A stretch of 64,000 nucleotides of DNA, taken from the NCBI RefSeq assembly GCF_030144855.1, contig NC_082736.1:7440001-7504000 (forward strand). Direction: 5' to 3'. Source of the DNA: Hypanus sabinus (lineage: Eukaryota). Below, one piece after another: positions 61,381 to 64,000 of the stretch (positions within the stretch are counted from its first letter, which is position 1; each line of letters starts with the position of its first letter). Made by a program: the position numbers and the translations under genes. A model generated the notes under the pieces. The model saw only the letters and a program-made list of their open reading frames with translations. It was not told where the DNA came from and did no database searches.

Positions 61381-64000
61381 TATTAACTTACTTTGGATTA
61401 AAATGTTGACTTTGACAATATTTTTCCGTAACGTTCTGTTTTCATGAAGAGTTCAGTGATCTTGTTACAACGATTTTCTATCCCAAATTATAAAAGATTA
61501 TCCACACAAAAGTATAGAAAATACAAATACTAAATATTTATAAGACGGAGGAGTCAAATTAAAATGTGAATATTACTGTCTATAACACACTCAATTCCCG
61601 TGGGTGGGGGGGTGGGGTCACTGTTCCCGGAAATGCCCCTCTGTACCTACTCTGTTGTAATGCTCGCAGTTTCTTAGTGGTACCACTGATTGACAGGTCT
61701 CTCTGCCCCGCCTTCCATCACGTGACACCGTGTTGTGATGATGCCGTGTGGCGATTATGACGAGATGAAGACGCCACAGAGGTCCCATCGTCACCGACGT
61801 CGTTTCCTGGGGAACGGTCCGGGATGGTGGGCACGGGGTTGTGGTAAAGTGGAGTCGGTCTCTACTTTGGGTTTCGGCTCCACTGTGGGAATCGGCCTCT
61901 CCTCTTCCTGCCCACGGAACAGTGAGTGTCTGTCAGCGCCTCACCGCACCGGCTCTCTGCCTCAGGTACAATATTTAAACCATATTTGCACAGTTACATG
62001 GATAGGAAAGGTTGAGAGGGACACGGGCCTAATGCAGGCGGTTGGGACGAGTTCAGGTCGACAACTTGGTCGGCCTCGATGAGTTTTACCGAAGGGGCGG
62101 TTTCAGTTCTGTATAAATCACTGACTCTATTCTGGGCGGTTCAACCAGGGCAGGATGTGGCAGCTGATTTAGGATAGCAGCTATTCTCTGTGTGAAGTAT
62201 GGACCCTTCAGATCCCCTTTAAACAGTTTTGTACAATTCCAATGAGAGGCAGTTCTTTGGCTGATAAGGCAAGTAGATCACACAACCCTGTCTCTCTGTG
62301 ATGCCAAATACAGGGAACTGTGTAACAGTATTAGAGACACATGCACAGGTACTTCGGTAGCCTTTTGAGGTGTTTGATTCACTATTAATACCTTTGTCCA
62401 ACAAAAATCCGTTGTCCTGGGTTTTGAGTGTTTTAGGTAAGTCAATAGACAATAGGTGCAGAAGTAGACCATTCAGCCCTTCGAGCCTACACCGCCATTT
62501 TGAAATCATGGCTGATCAACTACTATCAATACCCGGTTCCTGCCTTATCCCCATATCCCTTGATTCCACTATCCATAAGATACCTATCTAGCTCCTTCTT
62601 GAAAGGATCCAGAGACTTGGCCTCCACTACCTTCCGAGGCTGTGCATTCCAGCCCCCCACAACTCTCTGGGAGAAGAAGTTTTTCCTTAACTCTGTCCTA
62701 AATGACCTACCCCTTGTTCTCAAACTATGCCCTCTGGTACTGGACTCTCCCAGCATCTGGAACATATTTCCTGCCTCTATCTTGTCCAATCCCTTAATAA
62801 TCAATTATTAATATGTTTCAGTCAGATCCCCTCTCAATCACCTTAATTTCTGCATGTACAAGCCCAGTCTCTCTAACCTCTCTGTGTAAGACAGTCCAGA
62901 CATCCAAGGTATTAACCTCATGAATCTAAACTGCACTTCCCCTACAGCCAGGATGTCCTTCCTTAACCCTGGAGAACAAAACTGTACACAATACTCCAGG
63001 TGTGGTCTCACCAGGGCTCTGTACAAATGCAAGAGGATTACCTTGCTCTTGTACTCAATTCCTTTTGTATTAAAGGCCAACATTCCTTTAGCCTTCTTCA
63101 CTGCCTGCTGCACTTGCTCATTCACCTTCAGTGACTGATGAACAAGTACTCCTAGATCTCTTTGTATTTCTCCCTTGACTAACTGTACACCGTTCAGATA
63201 ATAATCTGCCTTCCTGTTCTTACTCCCAAAGTGGATAACCTCACACTTATTCACATTAAACATCATCTGCCAAGTATCTGCCCACTCACCCAGCCTATCT
63301 AAGTCACCCTGAATTCTCCTAACATCCTCATCACATGTCACACTGCCACCCAGCTTAGTATCATCGGCAAACTTGCCGATGTTATTCTCAATGCCTTCAT
63401 CCAAATCGTTGATGTAAATCGTAAACAGCTGTGGTCCCAATACCGAGCCCTGTGGCACCCTGTGCTTTAGGTAAGGCCATCCTGAACTTTCACAGTCAGT
63501 GGTTTCTGCATGTCTGTACTGACCATCGAAAATCTGTCTCCACTAACTCAACACTTGGTCTGTCTCATGCCCTGGTGATTCAAATGTTCATCCAGATGGT
63601 CCTTAAATACCAGCCTGCAGCACTCCCTCAGGCAGTGTGTTCCAGTTTGTAACCTTTATTTCTCCAGCTGGTCCGCATCCCACATCCAGATTTGTTAGCC
63701 AACTTTACTGTTCTTCATACCCCTAATCTTCTTATCATCTACAAACTTTCTGATCCAGTTTACCACATTCTCATCCAGATCATTTATACAGATGGAAAAC
63801 AACAATGGACTCAACAACGGGAAGTTAAACCAGGGCAGGATGAACACAGTAATGACAGGTTCCTGGGAAGTGTTCATCAACAGAGACTTTGTGTGTCCTT
63901 GTCTCCACCACCTCCTCTGGCAGCTCATTTGGGATACCAGCTTTTCTCTGTGTCAAATATTTACCCTTCAGATTCCCTTTAAACACACTCTCTTACCTTA
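61091..64000 (+). repeat. Block B', direct copy of 16880-19290
   Basis: Collinear, including the promoter-like module at about 61615-61927. Confidence 0.9.
62444..63461 (-). mobile_element. Relatively young 5'-truncated CR1 inserted into block B', about 16-bp TSD
   Basis: 206-aa open RT frame (PQGSVLGPQLFTIYINDLD..KFADDTK). TSD GTGTTTTAGGTAAGTC (62428-62443) / GTGCTTTAGGTAAGGC (63462-63477). Empty site at about 18734-18749. Confidence 0.92.

Overview
Vertebrate genomic DNA. The repeat complement (CR1/HER1-type LINEs, Rex1-type LINEs, Penelope pLTR fold-backs, hAT-Buster elements) suggests a cartilaginous fish, probably a ray; this is inference only. The window is part of a dispersed replication-dependent histone cluster with seven intact intronless genes, all with 3' stem-loops: H2A(-) and H2B(-) near 1-2.6 kb; H1(+), H3.2(-) and H4(-) at 37-40 kb; H2B(+) and H2A(+) at 56-58 kb. 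There is also one tRNA-Asp(GTC) gene. The two H2B-H2A pairs lie in the arms of a large inverted segmental duplication (about 1-11872 vs about 43904-59062, open at the window start). A separate block carrying a CpG-rich promoter-like module is directly duplicated (about 16.9-19.3 kb vs 61.1-64 kb). Most remaining sequence is decayed transposons, several with clear TSDs: two solo LTRs, an L1 3' end, a CR1 insertion and Penelope-derived inserts. Most interesting observations: short TSD-flanked fold-back elements built from Penelope pLTRs that carry minimal hammerhead-ribozyme motifs; reciprocal regulatory divergence of the two H2A copies; a divergent H1; templated-insertion repair scars revealed by comparing the arms; and an unidentified, possibly decayed coding region in the duplicated core. 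Coordinates of degraded repeats are approximate and were read by eye.
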